Shown: positions 30,458 to 40,519 of the stretch, piece by piece
Layout: each line of letters begins with the position of its first letter
Position numbering within the stretch: the stretch's first letter is position 1
Assembly (NCBI GenBank): GCA_963681965.1
Contig: OY820579.1
Coordinates: 3,136,001-3,200,000, forward strand
DNA length: 64,000 bases
Source of the DNA: a bacterium
Lineage (GTDB): Bacteria > Electryoneota > JAOADG01
Reading direction: 5' to 3'
Position numbers and translations under genes: made by a program
The notes under the pieces: generated by a model
What the model saw: the letters and a program-made list of their open reading frames with translations, nothing else
The model's database searches: none
Told to the model about the DNA's origin: nothing

Positions 30458-32104
30458 ATGACGAAAATGAATCGAATACTGCTGCTTATTTTCGCCTCTT
30501 TGATCTCGATTGCTGCCGCAGCAACTGAAAATAAGGTTGACGAATACCGACAAGTACGGGATGGAATCACCCGTCTTGGAGTTGTCTATCGGGAATTATC
30601 GTCGGGATATGTCGATGAGATCAATCCCGATTTAATCCTGCGCGCCGGCATCGATGGCATGCTTTCTAAACTCGACCCCTATACGGTTTATCTCGACAAA
30701 CAGGAAGCAAGCGACTTCGATGTGATGGCAAGTGGAAAGTACGGTGGTATCGGTGTAGAGATGGGACTTCGCGGACCCGAACGAGAATTAACGGTTATGT
30801 CGGTCTTCGATGGATATCCTGCAGCTCAAAGTGGAATGCGTGTCGGCGATGTACTGCTCCAAGTCGATTCCAACAAAACTACCGGTTGGTCGACGGGGAA
30901 AGCGTCGACATTTCTTCGCGGTGCGCCGAACACTCCGATTGTGGTTACTGTTCGACGATCCGGAACGAAAGAATCGGTGCTTCGATTCGAAATGAAACGA
31001 GCGCAAATTGAAGTGCAGGAAGTAGCCTATAGCGGTATTATCGATGATAGTACCGGCTATATTCGATTGGTTCGTTTCGGACACAACGCGAAACGCGATC
31101 TCGCAATTGCAATCGATTCGCTGCTATCGAAAGGGATGAAACGTTGCATTCTCGATCTTCGTCAGAATCCCGGTGGACTGCTTAATTCCGCAATCGACGT
31201 ATCTCAGGAATTCTTAAATGGAAACGATTTGATCGTCTCTACCCGGGGTCGAGATAGCATGGATGTCCAAGAATTTCGATCATTTCATGCCCCGCATTTC
31301 ACCGGTCCGATGGCAGTTCTGGTCGATGAAGGATCGGCTAGTGCTAGTGAAATTGTTGCCGGTGCCCTTCAGGATCAGGATCGAGCCATTATTCTGGGTT
31401 CGCGCTCTTTCGGTAAAGGGCTGGTTCAAACCATCCGCCGATTACCGGGTGAGGTTAGTTTGAAAATGACTACCGCCAAATATTACACCCCATCGGGTCG
31501 ACTAATCCAAAAAACTGATTACTTTCACGGAGTCGATAGTATCGCCGATGTCGGGAAGAAATATTTCTCGCGGAATGGTCGCTTGATGTCTGCGCATGGC
31601 GGGATCACTCCCGATGTCGAAATAGCGGCTGCCAAACCATCGGCAATGGTCACAGAATTACTTCGATCCGGTCACATTCCGGCATTCGTCAATGAGTATT
31701 TGAGCAATCTTGGATCCAACAAGAAACAGCGGTCAGTTGACGAATCCATGCTTTCCAAATTTCAAGACTTTCTTAAGACGAAAGGCTTCAGTGTTCCGCT
31801 CGAAATCGATGCCGAGTGGATCGCAATCAAAGATTGGTTACAGAAAAAAAATCACGCGACAGACACTTCACCCCAATTGGAATCGGTAGGACAGGTGATC
31901 GATACCGAACGTGCTTCGATCTGGAATAACAATCGCAATGAATTGATTCGCCTGCTGTCAATCGAAACGACTGCCTGGTATGAAGGCAATCGGGGACGTT
32001 ATCGCGCAGCAATGGAACGTGATACCGTAGTATCGAAAGCAACTGAATTGCTGAAACAACCGCAACGTATCCGCGAATTGCTGGCTACGAAATCGGCACA
32101 ATGA
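30458..32104 (+). CDS. ctpA: carboxy-terminal processing protease (S41A, PDZ domain)
   Basis: LDPYT, YGGIGV, LDLRQNPGGLL, SASASEIVAGALQD, SFGKGLVQ and YYTPSGR motifs. Confidence 0.93.
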   Translation: MTKMNRILLLIFASLISIAAAATENKVDEYRQVRDGITRLGVVYRELSSGYVDEINPDLILRAGIDGMLSKLDPYTVYLDKQEASDFDVMASGKYGGIGVEMGLRGPERELTVMSVFDGYPAAQSGMRVGDVLLQVDSNKTTGWSTGKASTFLRGAPNTPIVVTVRRSGTKESVLRFEMKRAQIEVQEVAYSGIIDDSTGYIRLVRFGHNAKRDLAIAIDSLLSKGMKRCILDLRQNPGGLLNSAIDVSQEFLNGNDLIVSTRGRDSMDVQEFRSFHAPHFTGPMAVLVDEGSASASEIVAGALQDQDRAIILGSRSFGKGLVQTIRRLPGEVSLKMTTAKYYTPSGRLIQKTDYFHGVDSIADVGKKYFSRNGRLMSAHGGITPDVEIAAAKPSAMVTELLRSGHIPAFVNEYLSNLGSNKKQRSVDESMLSKFQDFLKTKGFSVPLEIDAEWIAIKDWLQKKNHATDTSPQLESVGQVIDTERASIWNNNRNELIRLLSIETTAWYEGNRGRYRAAMERDTVVSKATELLKQPQRIRELLATKSAQ

Positions 32105-32922
32105 GTCTTTTCGAGCTGGTTATATTTATTTGTTCCGGCTTCTGTGTCGGTATCTTGGCTGGTTTTATCGGTATCGGCGGTAACATCATTCTCATCCCGA
32201 TCACCTTGGAAATGCTTCGCGCAAAAGGTGTACCGGAATCGGTTCGAACCCACTTGACTTACGGTTCGATGTTGGCGGTTACAGTGGTCACTGCGCTGTC
32301 ATCGACCATTCGTCAATCGATGCACAAACTTGTACTCTGGCGATTAGTCCCTTGGTTTGTTGTCGGAAGCCTAATCTCGACCCAATTGCTCGGACGATTC
32401 TTAAAGCAAATCAGCGGATCGACACTTCTCTTTTTCTTTGCGACCATGATTCTGGTGCTGGGAATTCAGTGGTTTGTCACTCGCAATCGTCCAGAGCATC
32501 ACGAACCTCGGTTATTGACTTGGTGGATCATGCTCAGCGGTGGTTTTGTGATCGGTGCAGTCGCCTTAATGACGGGGTTAGGCGGTGGTGTGATCCTGAT
32601 TCCATTGCTGGCAACACTCCATCGCGTACCGACGAAAAACCTGGCTGGAACTAGTAGTGCCGTTCTAATTTTTACTGCTGCTTCGGCAGCGACTGGATAT
32701 CTGATCGGTGGGTTAGGTGTACCGGATCTACCTAGCGATGCGATCGGTTTCATTTGGCCGAAAATTACTCTAGCAGTGATTGTCGGTACGATTCCCGGAG
32801 CGCAAATCGGTGCCATTCTAAATAAGAAATACTCGAAACAGTGGTTCCGGATTACATTTGCGCTAGTACAAATTATTATGTCGTTTTGGATGTTTTCGCG
32901 TGCCTTTGCGGAGCTGCCATGA
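32101..32922 (+). CDS. TSUP (TauE/SafE) family membrane transporter
   Basis: Two GxGGG-containing halves (GFIGIGGN, GLGGG), AGTS and GAQIGA; ~8 TM helices. Confidence 0.88.
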   Translation: MSLFELVIFICSGFCVGILAGFIGIGGNIILIPITLEMLRAKGVPESVRTHLTYGSMLAVTVVTALSSTIRQSMHKLVLWRLVPWFVVGSLISTQLLGRFLKQISGSTLLFFFATMILVLGIQWFVTRNRPEHHEPRLLTWWIMLSGGFVIGAVALMTGLGGGVILIPLLATLHRVPTKNLAGTSSAVLIFTAASAATGYLIGGLGVPDLPSDAIGFIWPKITLAVIVGTIPGAQIGAILNKKYSKQWFRITFALVQIIMSFWMFSRAFAELP

Positions 32923-35579
32923 ACCACCGGTATTCGATTATCTTGCTTATGAGCTGCTTGCTTGCCGGAATCTCCTTTGCCCGACCGATAGCGATAAAAC
33001 TCACCAACCGCACAAACAAATCGTCGGTACTATCTCACTACAAACGCGCTTCGATTGCTTGTAACGATGCTTTCCCGAATGCAACTCCCCAATCGGGATT
33101 GGCACAATGGATCACGATCGATGATCGCGCAATTTCGATTGACTCGTTACGTATGATCGGCGCTGTCGAAATCATCGATTCTTTGGTTCCCCGACAAATC
33201 GATGTCATTCACTCGGTTCCAAAATTTCTTCCCCAACCTCCCCCCTCTTCCGAAGATCAAGCACCCGATGTCGAACCCTACCGTTACATGCAATGGCATC
33301 TTGATCGAATTTGTGCCGATGCCGCATCAGTTTATACCCATGGCAGCGAATCGCTTATCGTCGCAGTAGTGGATATCGGTACCGATATTCACCATCCCGA
33401 TCTGGAAGAGCGCTTGTATATCAACGCATCGGAACGGAACGGCTTCGAGGGAATGGACGACGATCAAAACGGGTATATTGACGATTGGAGTGGCTGGGAT
33501 TTCGCTGATCACGACAATGATCCTTCGCCTCCATCAGGTAGTGATGAAGAACATGGCACTCACATCGCCGGTATCATCCTCGGCGCGATGAATTCCCGCT
33601 TCGGAACCGGTATCGCACCCCATGTCAAATTATTGGCTGTTCGAGTGGGCAGCCTTACTAATGTGTATTACGGATATCAAGGCATCTATTACGCGGTTCA
33701 ACGCGGTGCGAAACTAATTAACTGTTCCTGGAGTAGCGATAACTATTCACCGATCGAAGCCGCTGCCGTTCAATACGCCATCTCGCAAGGCGCTGTTATC
33801 ATCGCCGCTGCCGGAAATTTGGGAGTCAATCATCTGACCTTTCCGGCTATTTTACCCGGAGTGATTTCAGTCGGTGCTACAGATCGGAATGATCTTAGAG
33901 CATCTTTCAGCAATTATGGTTCGGGAATAACGACGTGGGCACCCGGACTTGATATTCCCTCCACCCTCCCCAATTCTTCATTCGGATTGATGAGTGGTAC
34001 TTCGATGGCAGCTCCGGTGGTCACTGGCGTCGCAGCGCTTGTTATGTCGATCAATCCCAATCTGACTCCCGCTGAATTCCAACAAATTGTCGTGGGTAGT
34101 GCCGATCAAATTCATGCCATCGAATCGATACCCGCGTCTCGCGTGAATGCCTATCGCGCTGTTGCCGAAGCGCTTGCGTTACAGGGTACAACTGTTCCGC
34201 AATGGTCGGGCGACCCAAATCCCCGTGGAATAATTCGATTGACTATTCCGATCCAGCAAAATAATATTTCCGACGAGATCTTTTCTTTAGACGGTACAAC
34301 AATCTCGGGTGGTTCTTGGATTGGTTCTACAACCACAATGACCAATCTCGATAGCGGAAGATCGAAAACTGGAACGCTCTCGCTTTATTTGCCCGTTACT
34401 ATTGTTCGGGGACATTCAATTACAATTGGTTGGCGTGCTCGAGTCGATCAAAACACCCGTTTTACCGGAATCGCAACCACACGATTAGCACCCCCGGAAG
34501 TAACAATTGAAGATTCGCAGATGCGTTTGACATTTTCCGGAATTGGTGCACTAGGCGTTTTCGATAAGTACTCACCTTATCCGATTGGTGTATCACTCCA
34601 GTCCCCTCCCGGAGCGTATGGCGTTATTTATCACGGTTCCTTCTTATTAGCGGTCGCACCAGAAAACACTACGAACTGCGTTATTGACAATGTCTGGGGG
34701 GACGGTTCTACGAGTAATGATTGGGAAGTCTCTTTAATGCAACCAATCACAACAACCGGATCGCCTCCTACCCGCATGGAGACTATGGCACAACCATTGT
34801 TCACACGATCTACTCTGCCGGTTCAAGTCTATTGGACAGCACAAATGGCCAGTAGCGATGCGCGTACCCCTGCGGTCGACATTACCGCCCGAATTCACAA
34901 TTCGAGCCCTGTCCAAATCGAGAAGCTGATTGCCGGGTGGATCATCGACCTTGACGTTGGCGATTATTCGCATGATGTCGCATCGGCACAACTGGATAAA
35001 AAGTTGATCACGATTGGCGATACATCTGCGTCCGAACGGTATGGAATTTGGATCAATAATGGTAATGTCTCGGTCTTGCGGTCGATCAATCCACCCTCTC
35101 CTTACAGCTACACGTGGACTGATAAATGGAAATGCCAATTGTTATCCAGTACCGGATCGACTGGAACAACAATCGCACCTAGCGACTATGCATTGTTGTT
35201 TGCCACCGACTCGTTTTCACTTGCCGGAAATGCTGACTATCTTTTGTCGTTTCGACTGTTTAAGGCGACTTCACTGCAACAAGCAAACTATATGGTCACA
35301 GAGTGGAATGGTGGTTCTATGACCGGTTCTCAAGTACAACCGAAGAAATCGGAAATTAAAATTTCCAATTTCGGTTCGCGGCTGAATGTCAATTTGCCAC
35401 AGCACACATCGGCGACTGTCACTGTTTTCGATGTTTTAGGTCGTGAAGTGAAAAAAACGCGAATACAAGACGGTGCATCCAACATTTCGCTATTCGGTTT
35501 GCCGTTCGGCACCTACTTTATCGCGACACGTACCGCAAATACCGAGTTTCCGGTACATAAAATTGTCTATCTACCTTAG
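32919..35579 (+). CDS. secreted S8 (subtilisin-like) serine protease with T9SS-type C-terminal domain
   Basis: Catalytic VAVVDIG / HGTHIAG / GTSMAAP and oxyanion AAAGN; signal peptide from ATG 32919 (ATGA overlap); C-terminal VFDVLGREV..GTYFI..KIVYL. Confidence 0.9.
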   Translation: MNHRYSIILLMSCLLAGISFARPIAIKLTNRTNKSSVLSHYKRASIACNDAFPNATPQSGLAQWITIDDRAISIDSLRMIGAVEIIDSLVPRQIDVIHSVPKFLPQPPPSSEDQAPDVEPYRYMQWHLDRICADAASVYTHGSESLIVAVVDIGTDIHHPDLEERLYINASERNGFEGMDDDQNGYIDDWSGWDFADHDNDPSPPSGSDEEHGTHIAGIILGAMNSRFGTGIAPHVKLLAVRVGSLTNVYYGYQGIYYAVQRGAKLINCSWSSDNYSPIEAAAVQYAISQGAVIIAAAGNLGVNHLTFPAILPGVISVGATDRNDLRASFSNYGSGITTWAPGLDIPSTLPNSSFGLMSGTSMAAPVVTGVAALVMSINPNLTPAEFQQIVVGSADQIHAIESIPASRVNAYRAVAEALALQGTTVPQWSGDPNPRGIIRLTIPIQQNNISDEIFSLDGTTISGGSWIGSTTTMTNLDSGRSKTGTLSLYLPVTIVRGHSITIGWRARVDQNTRFTGIATTRLAPPEVTIEDSQMRLTFSGIGALGVFDKYSPYPIGVSLQSPPGAYGVIYHGSFLLAVAPENTTNCVIDNVWGDGSTSNDWEVSLMQPITTTGSPPTRMETMAQPLFTRSTLPVQVYWTAQMASSDARTPAVDITARIHNSSPVQIEKLIAGWIIDLDVGDYSHDVASAQLDKKLITIGDTSASERYGIWINNGNVSVLRSINPPSPYSYTWTDKWKCQLLSSTGSTGTTIAPSDYALLFATDSFSLAGNADYLLSFRLFKATSLQQANYMVTEWNGGSMTGSQVQPKKSEIKISNFGSRLNVNLPQHTSATVTVFDVLGREVKKTRIQDGASNISLFGLPFGTYFIATRTANTEFPVHKIVYLP

Positions 35580-35610
35580 TCTTATTCAAAGGATCTTGGC
35601 AACGAATTGT

Positions 35611-37374
35611 ATGACTGAAATTGACTATATCTTTCAACCTTTCCGACTAAAACGCAGTCGCCTCGTTTATTGCCTTTGGATCTCGATTGCGATTGCCGCT
35701 TGGACGATGTCCGGTTGTGCAAAAATTAAATCGCCACCCGGTGGACCCATCGACTTAAAAGGTCCGATACCGGTTACAACATCTCCCGAGCAGGGAGCGA
35801 CCAAAGTCAATGCTAGCAGTCCAATCGAAATCCAATTTGACTCGCGATTGCAGAAAATCGATCCTGCTGTTGTGTCGCTTTCCCCATTTCCCCATTCCGG
35901 ACTTCGGGTATACGGCAAAGGTAAAAATCTAATTGTTCAACCACTGGAACCATTATTACCGGCTACTACTTATCGTTTGACCATTTCCACTCAACTGATT
36001 AATGAACGCGGCAATCACATGTCGCAACCGCTGGAGCTGGTATTTAGTACCGGCGATAGCATCGCTACCGGTGTAATTCGCGGATGTGTGTTCGATAACG
36101 GCAACTCCCGTAACATCTGGATTTGGGGCTGGCGAATTGACGGTAAATTTGGTAGTCGATTTTCCAATTTCGTGCCCGAACCGTGGCTGGATGTTCCCGA
36201 TGTAGTCGCAGCACTAGACAGTATCGGACATTTCGAACTGGCAGGTTTGTCATCCGGAAAATATCGAATTTATGCAATCGACGATATCGACAAAGACCGC
36301 CGCTACAATCCCTCGGTCGACCGTCTCGGCATCACTTTCGGCGATCCAATTCTACCGCGGGATTCGGCAATCGTGTTTTCCTTCTTGCTCTTTACCCGCG
36401 ATACGATTGCTCCACAGATTCTATCGGCGAGAATGATTGCACCGCGAATTGCATCCATCCGTTTTACCCGACCAGTAATTGCAACACCCGGCAAAAACGC
36501 TGTGATTAGAACGGTTGATTCGACCAGATTGACTGGAATTTCTTATCAAGATCCCACGGACTCGACCCGATGGTATGCGATTTTCCCGGTAGTACCCGAT
36601 CGCGACTCATTGCAATTGCAGTTTTCTGCTCTACAGGATCGTCTGGGAAACATGATTCCCGATACCGTCGTTACGAAGCGTTTCCCCGCTCGAGTTACTG
36701 GCGAAGATACGCTCGTACCGCGAGTTCACACGATTACACCGGCGATGGGATGGGTGAATCGCAATCAGGAATGGATCATCACGTCAACGGCAACAGTGGA
36801 ACCGGGGGGATTTCAAAAAAGTATTACCGGTTTCAATGTGATCGATTCAGTCAAAATTCCTGTTTCTGTCCAGCAAATCGATGCGACCACTGCACGAGTA
36901 AAACCGGTATCCGATTTACCAGAACGTATTTGGTTTGAAATCGCGATTACCCCTAAAAGTTGGAAATCGTTAACCGGTATCGCCGGTACAGACACCACGA
37001 TCAAATATCGTTTTCAGATTTTACCGACCGATACGACTGGAACGGTTCACGTAAAAGTTGTCGATGAATTCTACGGGAACAAGGGTTCGATCGTTATCGA
37101 ACTCATACCATTCAATCGATTTTCTCAGATTCCCGGCTGGTCAAGCGAAGCAGTTCCCGCGACTCAAATCGTTAATACCGATGGTTCGATTGAATTAACA
37201 ACCTTACCGGGATCATATCGGCTGCGTGCCTTCTCCGATGAGAACAAGAACGGAATTCCCGATCCGGGTAGTTTACGCCCATTTCAGTTTGCCGAACCAG
37301 TCACCATTGGGAGTGATTCGATTCGAGTGCGAACACGCTGGACAAACGAAGGTATCCGTCTCAAATTGCGGTAA
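35611..37374 (+). CDS. Ig-like (Big_5) domain lipoprotein
   Basis: Lipobox MSGC followed by AKIKSPPGGP.D; Ig-like domains; DIDKDRRY and DENKNGIPD Ca-type loops. Confidence 0.75.
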   Translation: MTEIDYIFQPFRLKRSRLVYCLWISIAIAAWTMSGCAKIKSPPGGPIDLKGPIPVTTSPEQGATKVNASSPIEIQFDSRLQKIDPAVVSLSPFPHSGLRVYGKGKNLIVQPLEPLLPATTYRLTISTQLINERGNHMSQPLELVFSTGDSIATGVIRGCVFDNGNSRNIWIWGWRIDGKFGSRFSNFVPEPWLDVPDVVAALDSIGHFELAGLSSGKYRIYAIDDIDKDRRYNPSVDRLGITFGDPILPRDSAIVFSFLLFTRDTIAPQILSARMIAPRIASIRFTRPVIATPGKNAVIRTVDSTRLTGISYQDPTDSTRWYAIFPVVPDRDSLQLQFSALQDRLGNMIPDTVVTKRFPARVTGEDTLVPRVHTITPAMGWVNRNQEWIITSTATVEPGGFQKSITGFNVIDSVKIPVSVQQIDATTARVKPVSDLPERIWFEIAITPKSWKSLTGIAGTDTTIKYRFQILPTDTTGTVHVKVVDEFYGNKGSIVIELIPFNRFSQIPGWSSEAVPATQIVNTDGSIELTTLPGSYRLRAFSDENKNGIPDPGSLRPFQFAEPVTIGSDSIRVRTRWTNEGIRLKLR

Positions 37375-37474
37375 TCATCAGACAATGTTTTGAAATATTG
37401 ATGGTTATATTTGATTTGGGCGTCATGTGATCTTATTGTACATTTAGGCTTCCTTAGTTTCACTGGGTAAATTC

Positions 37475-38542
37475 ATGACCTATGCAGTAATAATGGCTGG
37501 AGGTATCGGTTCCCGCTTCTGGCCACTTTCAAGACGTACAAAACCGAAACAGTTATTGAAAATTTTCGGTGATCGCACTTTGATCCAAGAGACAGTCGAA
37601 CGGTTGTCTCCACTGATTTCCATCGATATGGTTCGCATCGTTACTGTTGAGGATCAAGTCGAAGGATTGCGTAAATCGGTACCTGCATTACAACGAAATC
37701 AATTTTTAACCGAACCCGATGGTCGCAATACAGCGCCATGTATCGCATTGGCGGCAATTCATCTTGCCAAAGTTGCTCCGCAATCGGTTATAATAGTGCT
37801 ACCTGCCGATCATCGGATTATTCGCGAAGCCGACTTCCGCGATATTCTTGCGACTGCGATTACTCAGGCACAGAATGACGATTGTTTAGTTACAATCGGG
37901 ATTCGACCCACCCGTCCTGAAACCGGTTATGGCTATATCCAGTATGAAGAAAACCCACCAATCGCACCCGGTGTCCATCGGGTACGCACTTTTGCCGAGA
38001 AACCGGAACGTACCGATGCCGAACTTTTTATTCGGTCAGGTGACTTTTTGTGGAATGCGGGTATCTTTGTTGCCCGGGTCGATACCCTCTTAGAGCAATA
38101 CGAACGTTACCTTCCCGATTTCTATCACGATTTGATCGAGTATTCGAACACGATTGGCACCCGCGAAGAGATGAAATCGCGCAAGCAGCTCTATGCTCAG
38201 ACCAAGCCCGTATCGTTCGATAAGGGCATCATGGAACATGCGAAAAACGTTTTGGTTATTCCTGCCGAAATCGGGTGGTCCGATGTCGGAAATTGGAATG
38301 AAGTGAAACGTTTGCACCCTGCCGATTCAAATAATAATGCAATTTTCGGTGATGGGGATTTCTTCGGCGCAAATGGATGTTATATTCACAGTACCGGACA
38401 TTTTACTGCTGTCGTTGGTTTGGATAATGTCGTTGTCGTACATACTGAGGATGCAACGCTCGTGTGTAATATTGATAAAGTACAGGATGTTCGCGATGTC
38501 GTTGCTGCCCTTAGTCGCGAGCGTCGAGATAAGTTGTATTGA
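37475..38542 (+). CDS. manC: mannose-1-phosphate guanylyltransferase
   Basis: MAGGIGSRFWPLSR..PKQ, EP.GRNTAP, PADH, PETGYGYI, FAEKP, WNAG and WSDVG motifs. Confidence 0.95.
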   Translation: MTYAVIMAGGIGSRFWPLSRRTKPKQLLKIFGDRTLIQETVERLSPLISIDMVRIVTVEDQVEGLRKSVPALQRNQFLTEPDGRNTAPCIALAAIHLAKVAPQSVIIVLPADHRIIREADFRDILATAITQAQNDDCLVTIGIRPTRPETGYGYIQYEENPPIAPGVHRVRTFAEKPERTDAELFIRSGDFLWNAGIFVARVDTLLEQYERYLPDFYHDLIEYSNTIGTREEMKSRKQLYAQTKPVSFDKGIMEHAKNVLVIPAEIGWSDVGNWNEVKRLHPADSNNNAIFGDGDFFGANGCYIHSTGHFTAVVGLDNVVVVHTEDATLVCNIDKVQDVRDVVAALSRERRDKLY

Positions 38543-38599
38543 TTTTTATCGGCTTTTTATCGATCTTTTAATTGTTTTGAATTGAGTTGACCTTCCGTT

Positions 38600-38830
38600 A
38601 TGAGTAAATCGCGTGAGTACGACCAATTACTGGATTCGGCTCGGTCTCGATTCCGAAGTGTCCGGCATCTGACCGGCGATTTTCGGGGTGGTGCGTGGAT
38701 TAGTCCCGACGGAAAGCATTTACTCATCAATAAAATGTTGCCGTTGGACGAACGTATCGAATTATTGCGCAGATTATTGTCGATCGAAAACCCGATCCCG
38801 GGATCGGAGCAATTGGAGCAGAACCGATGA
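38600..38830 (+). CDS. small hypothetical protein coupled to crp
   Basis: 76 aa containing GDFRGG..LLINK.LP.DER; its stop overlaps the crp ATG (ATGA). Confidence 0.6.
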   Translation: MSKSREYDQLLDSARSRFRSVRHLTGDFRGGAWISPDGKHLLINKMLPLDERIELLRRLLSIENPIPGSEQLEQNR

Positions 38831-39504
38831 AACAAGATTTATTACGCAATGTACCCCTATTTCGCGGGCTCGCGGCACACGATCTCGAACGCATCGCCGA
38901 ACTGATGGTGCCGAAAAAATTCAAGCGGAATAATCTCATCATCTTCGAAGACGATCTCGGACAGAATCTGTTTATCATTGAACGCGGTCGCGTCAAAGTC
39001 AGCGGCATCTCGAATGAAGGGGGCGAAGCGATCTTCGCAATCCTGGGCGACGGCGATATCTTCGGCGAACTTTCGATTTTAGACGGTCTGGCACGCAGCG
39101 CGACGGTAACTTCGATTGAAGATGTCGAGTTGTGGGTATTAAACCGCAATCAATTCCTGGACTTGCTGGACAAGTATCCCAGTATCGCAATCGAGCTATT
39201 GCGCGAATTAGCCAGCCGCCTGCGAAAATCCGACGCACAGATCAAGAGTCTGACGTTGAAGGATGCGCGTGGACGGGTTGCCAATACTTTGATTCGCATG
39301 GCGGAAGATATCGGTTCGATCCGCGACGGCAAGGTCGTCGTACAGAACCTCCCGTTGCAGCGCGACATCGCGAACTTGGCGGGTACCAGCCGTGAAACGG
39401 TATCGCGCCTCCTTTCCAAATTCGAAGAGGAAGGACTGCTGCATCGCCAAGGCTCGGCATTGGTCTTCAACGATTTCGAGGAATTTAAACGCCAATTGCG
39501 ATAA
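38827..39504 (+). CDS. crp: CRP/FNR-family cyclic-nucleotide-binding transcription factor (CRP-like)
   Basis: cNMP pocket FGELS..DGLARSA; HTH DIANLAGTSRETVSR; no FNR cysteines. Confidence 0.9.
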   Translation: MKQDLLRNVPLFRGLAAHDLERIAELMVPKKFKRNNLIIFEDDLGQNLFIIERGRVKVSGISNEGGEAIFAILGDGDIFGELSILDGLARSATVTSIEDVELWVLNRNQFLDLLDKYPSIAIELLRELASRLRKSDAQIKSLTLKDARGRVANTLIRMAEDIGSIRDGKVVVQNLPLQRDIANLAGTSRETVSRLLSKFEEEGLLHRQGSALVFNDFEEFKRQLR

Positions 39505-39524
39505 TCTGATTTTTTTTCAAAATC

Positions 39525-39553
39525 AAGCCGGACATCCTGTCCGGTTTTTTTTT
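39525..39553 (+). terminator. intrinsic terminator after crp
   Basis: AAGCCGGACA-tcc-TGTCCGGTTT followed by a T run. Confidence 0.85.
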
Positions 39554-39635
39554 GTATCAGAGGAGGTTATGCTTCAGCCTGACTTTTTTTTTCAAAATCC
39601 TTTTTCTTTGCACTCTATAATCAATCTCGAGGTTA

Positions 39636-39771
39636 TATAGTATCTCTTAAAAAAAAGTTGTTATCTGTAGTAGGGGCGGGTCCCCGCGCCCGCCCGCAAG
39701 TATTTGCATGTACCGACACTCATTTACTTGTTCGACACAATGTCACGATATCTTATTTTAGAGATACTTTA
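39636..39771 (+). repeat. dispersed MITE/REPIN-like element, copy 3 (diverged centre)
   Basis: TATAGTATCTCTTAAAA..GTTGTTATC.GTAGTAGGGGCGGG..CCCGCCCGCA...TTATTTTAGAGATACT. Confidence 0.7.
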
Positions 39772-39827
39772 TTGGTCAGTATTCCAGATTCTAGTTTTCG
39801 ATTGTACAAGTAGCAATCTTGATAAAT

Positions 39828-39855
39828 AAAAAAAGGCGGGGCTGAAGCCCCACCT
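39828..39855 (-). terminator. intrinsic terminator after the HIT gene
   Basis: Minus strand reads AGGTGGGGC-ttca-GCCCCGCCT followed by a T run. Confidence 0.8.
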
Positions 39856-39884
39856 CCGACACCAAAGATGATTGCTAATAATCG

Positions 39885-40376
39885 TTACTTTTGCTCCTGA
39901 AACAACGGGAAGAGCGCATCATATACCGCCTGCAGGCTTTCGCTGACGACACGCGTATCGGTCAGAACCGGCATAAAATTCGTATCGCCCGACCAGCGCG
40001 GAACGATGTGATAGTGCAAATGATCGGCAATTCCCGCACCAGCGACCAGTCCTAAATTCATCCCGACATTGAAGCCATGTGGATGAGCTGTCGTCGTTAA
40101 ATTCTCGCAGCACCGCGCGATCAGTTGTCCCAATTCGATATGCTCTTCAACGGTCAAATCCGAATACGAGGCGATGTGCCGATACGGAATCACCATCAAG
40201 TGACCGTTGGTGTATGGATATTTATTCAACATCACGAATGCCGATTTGCCCCGATGCAATAAATTATTGTCGGGGTCTTTATGCTCTTCCGGAATCTTAC
40301 AGAAAAGACATCCATCGACACTTTCGTGTGCAGCTTTGATGTATTCCATTCGCCAAGGTGCCCAAACCCGTTCCAT
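39885..40376 (-). CDS. HIT family hydrolase (Ap4A phosphorylase-like)
   Basis: WAPWR, CLFC, LNKYPYTNGHLMV, GFNVGMNLG..AGAGIADHLHYHIVPRW.GD.NF motifs. Confidence 0.92.
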   Translation of the reverse strand: MERVWAPWRMEYIKAAHESVDGCLFCKIPEEHKDPDNNLLHRGKSAFVMLNKYPYTNGHLMVIPYRHIASYSDLTVEEHIELGQLIARCCENLTTTAHPHGFNVGMNLGLVAGAGIADHLHYHIVPRWSGDTNFMPVLTDTRVVSESLQAVYDALFPLFQEQK

Positions 40377-40470
40377 ATCCTGCCTCAATCGTTAACGACC
40401 CATAATATACAACGAAACTTCCGGTTTCGTTTGAATTTCATTCAAGAATCACTGAAATCGAGCAAGCCCG

Positions 40471-40502
40471 AAAAAAAAGGCGGACGATCAAGTCCGCCTT
40501 TT
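40471..40502 (-). terminator. intrinsic terminator after the EF-G-like gene
   Basis: AAAAAAAAGGCGGAC-gatcaa-GTCCGCCTTTT. Confidence 0.85.
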
Positions 40503-40519
40503 CCAATGCTTCAATCAGA

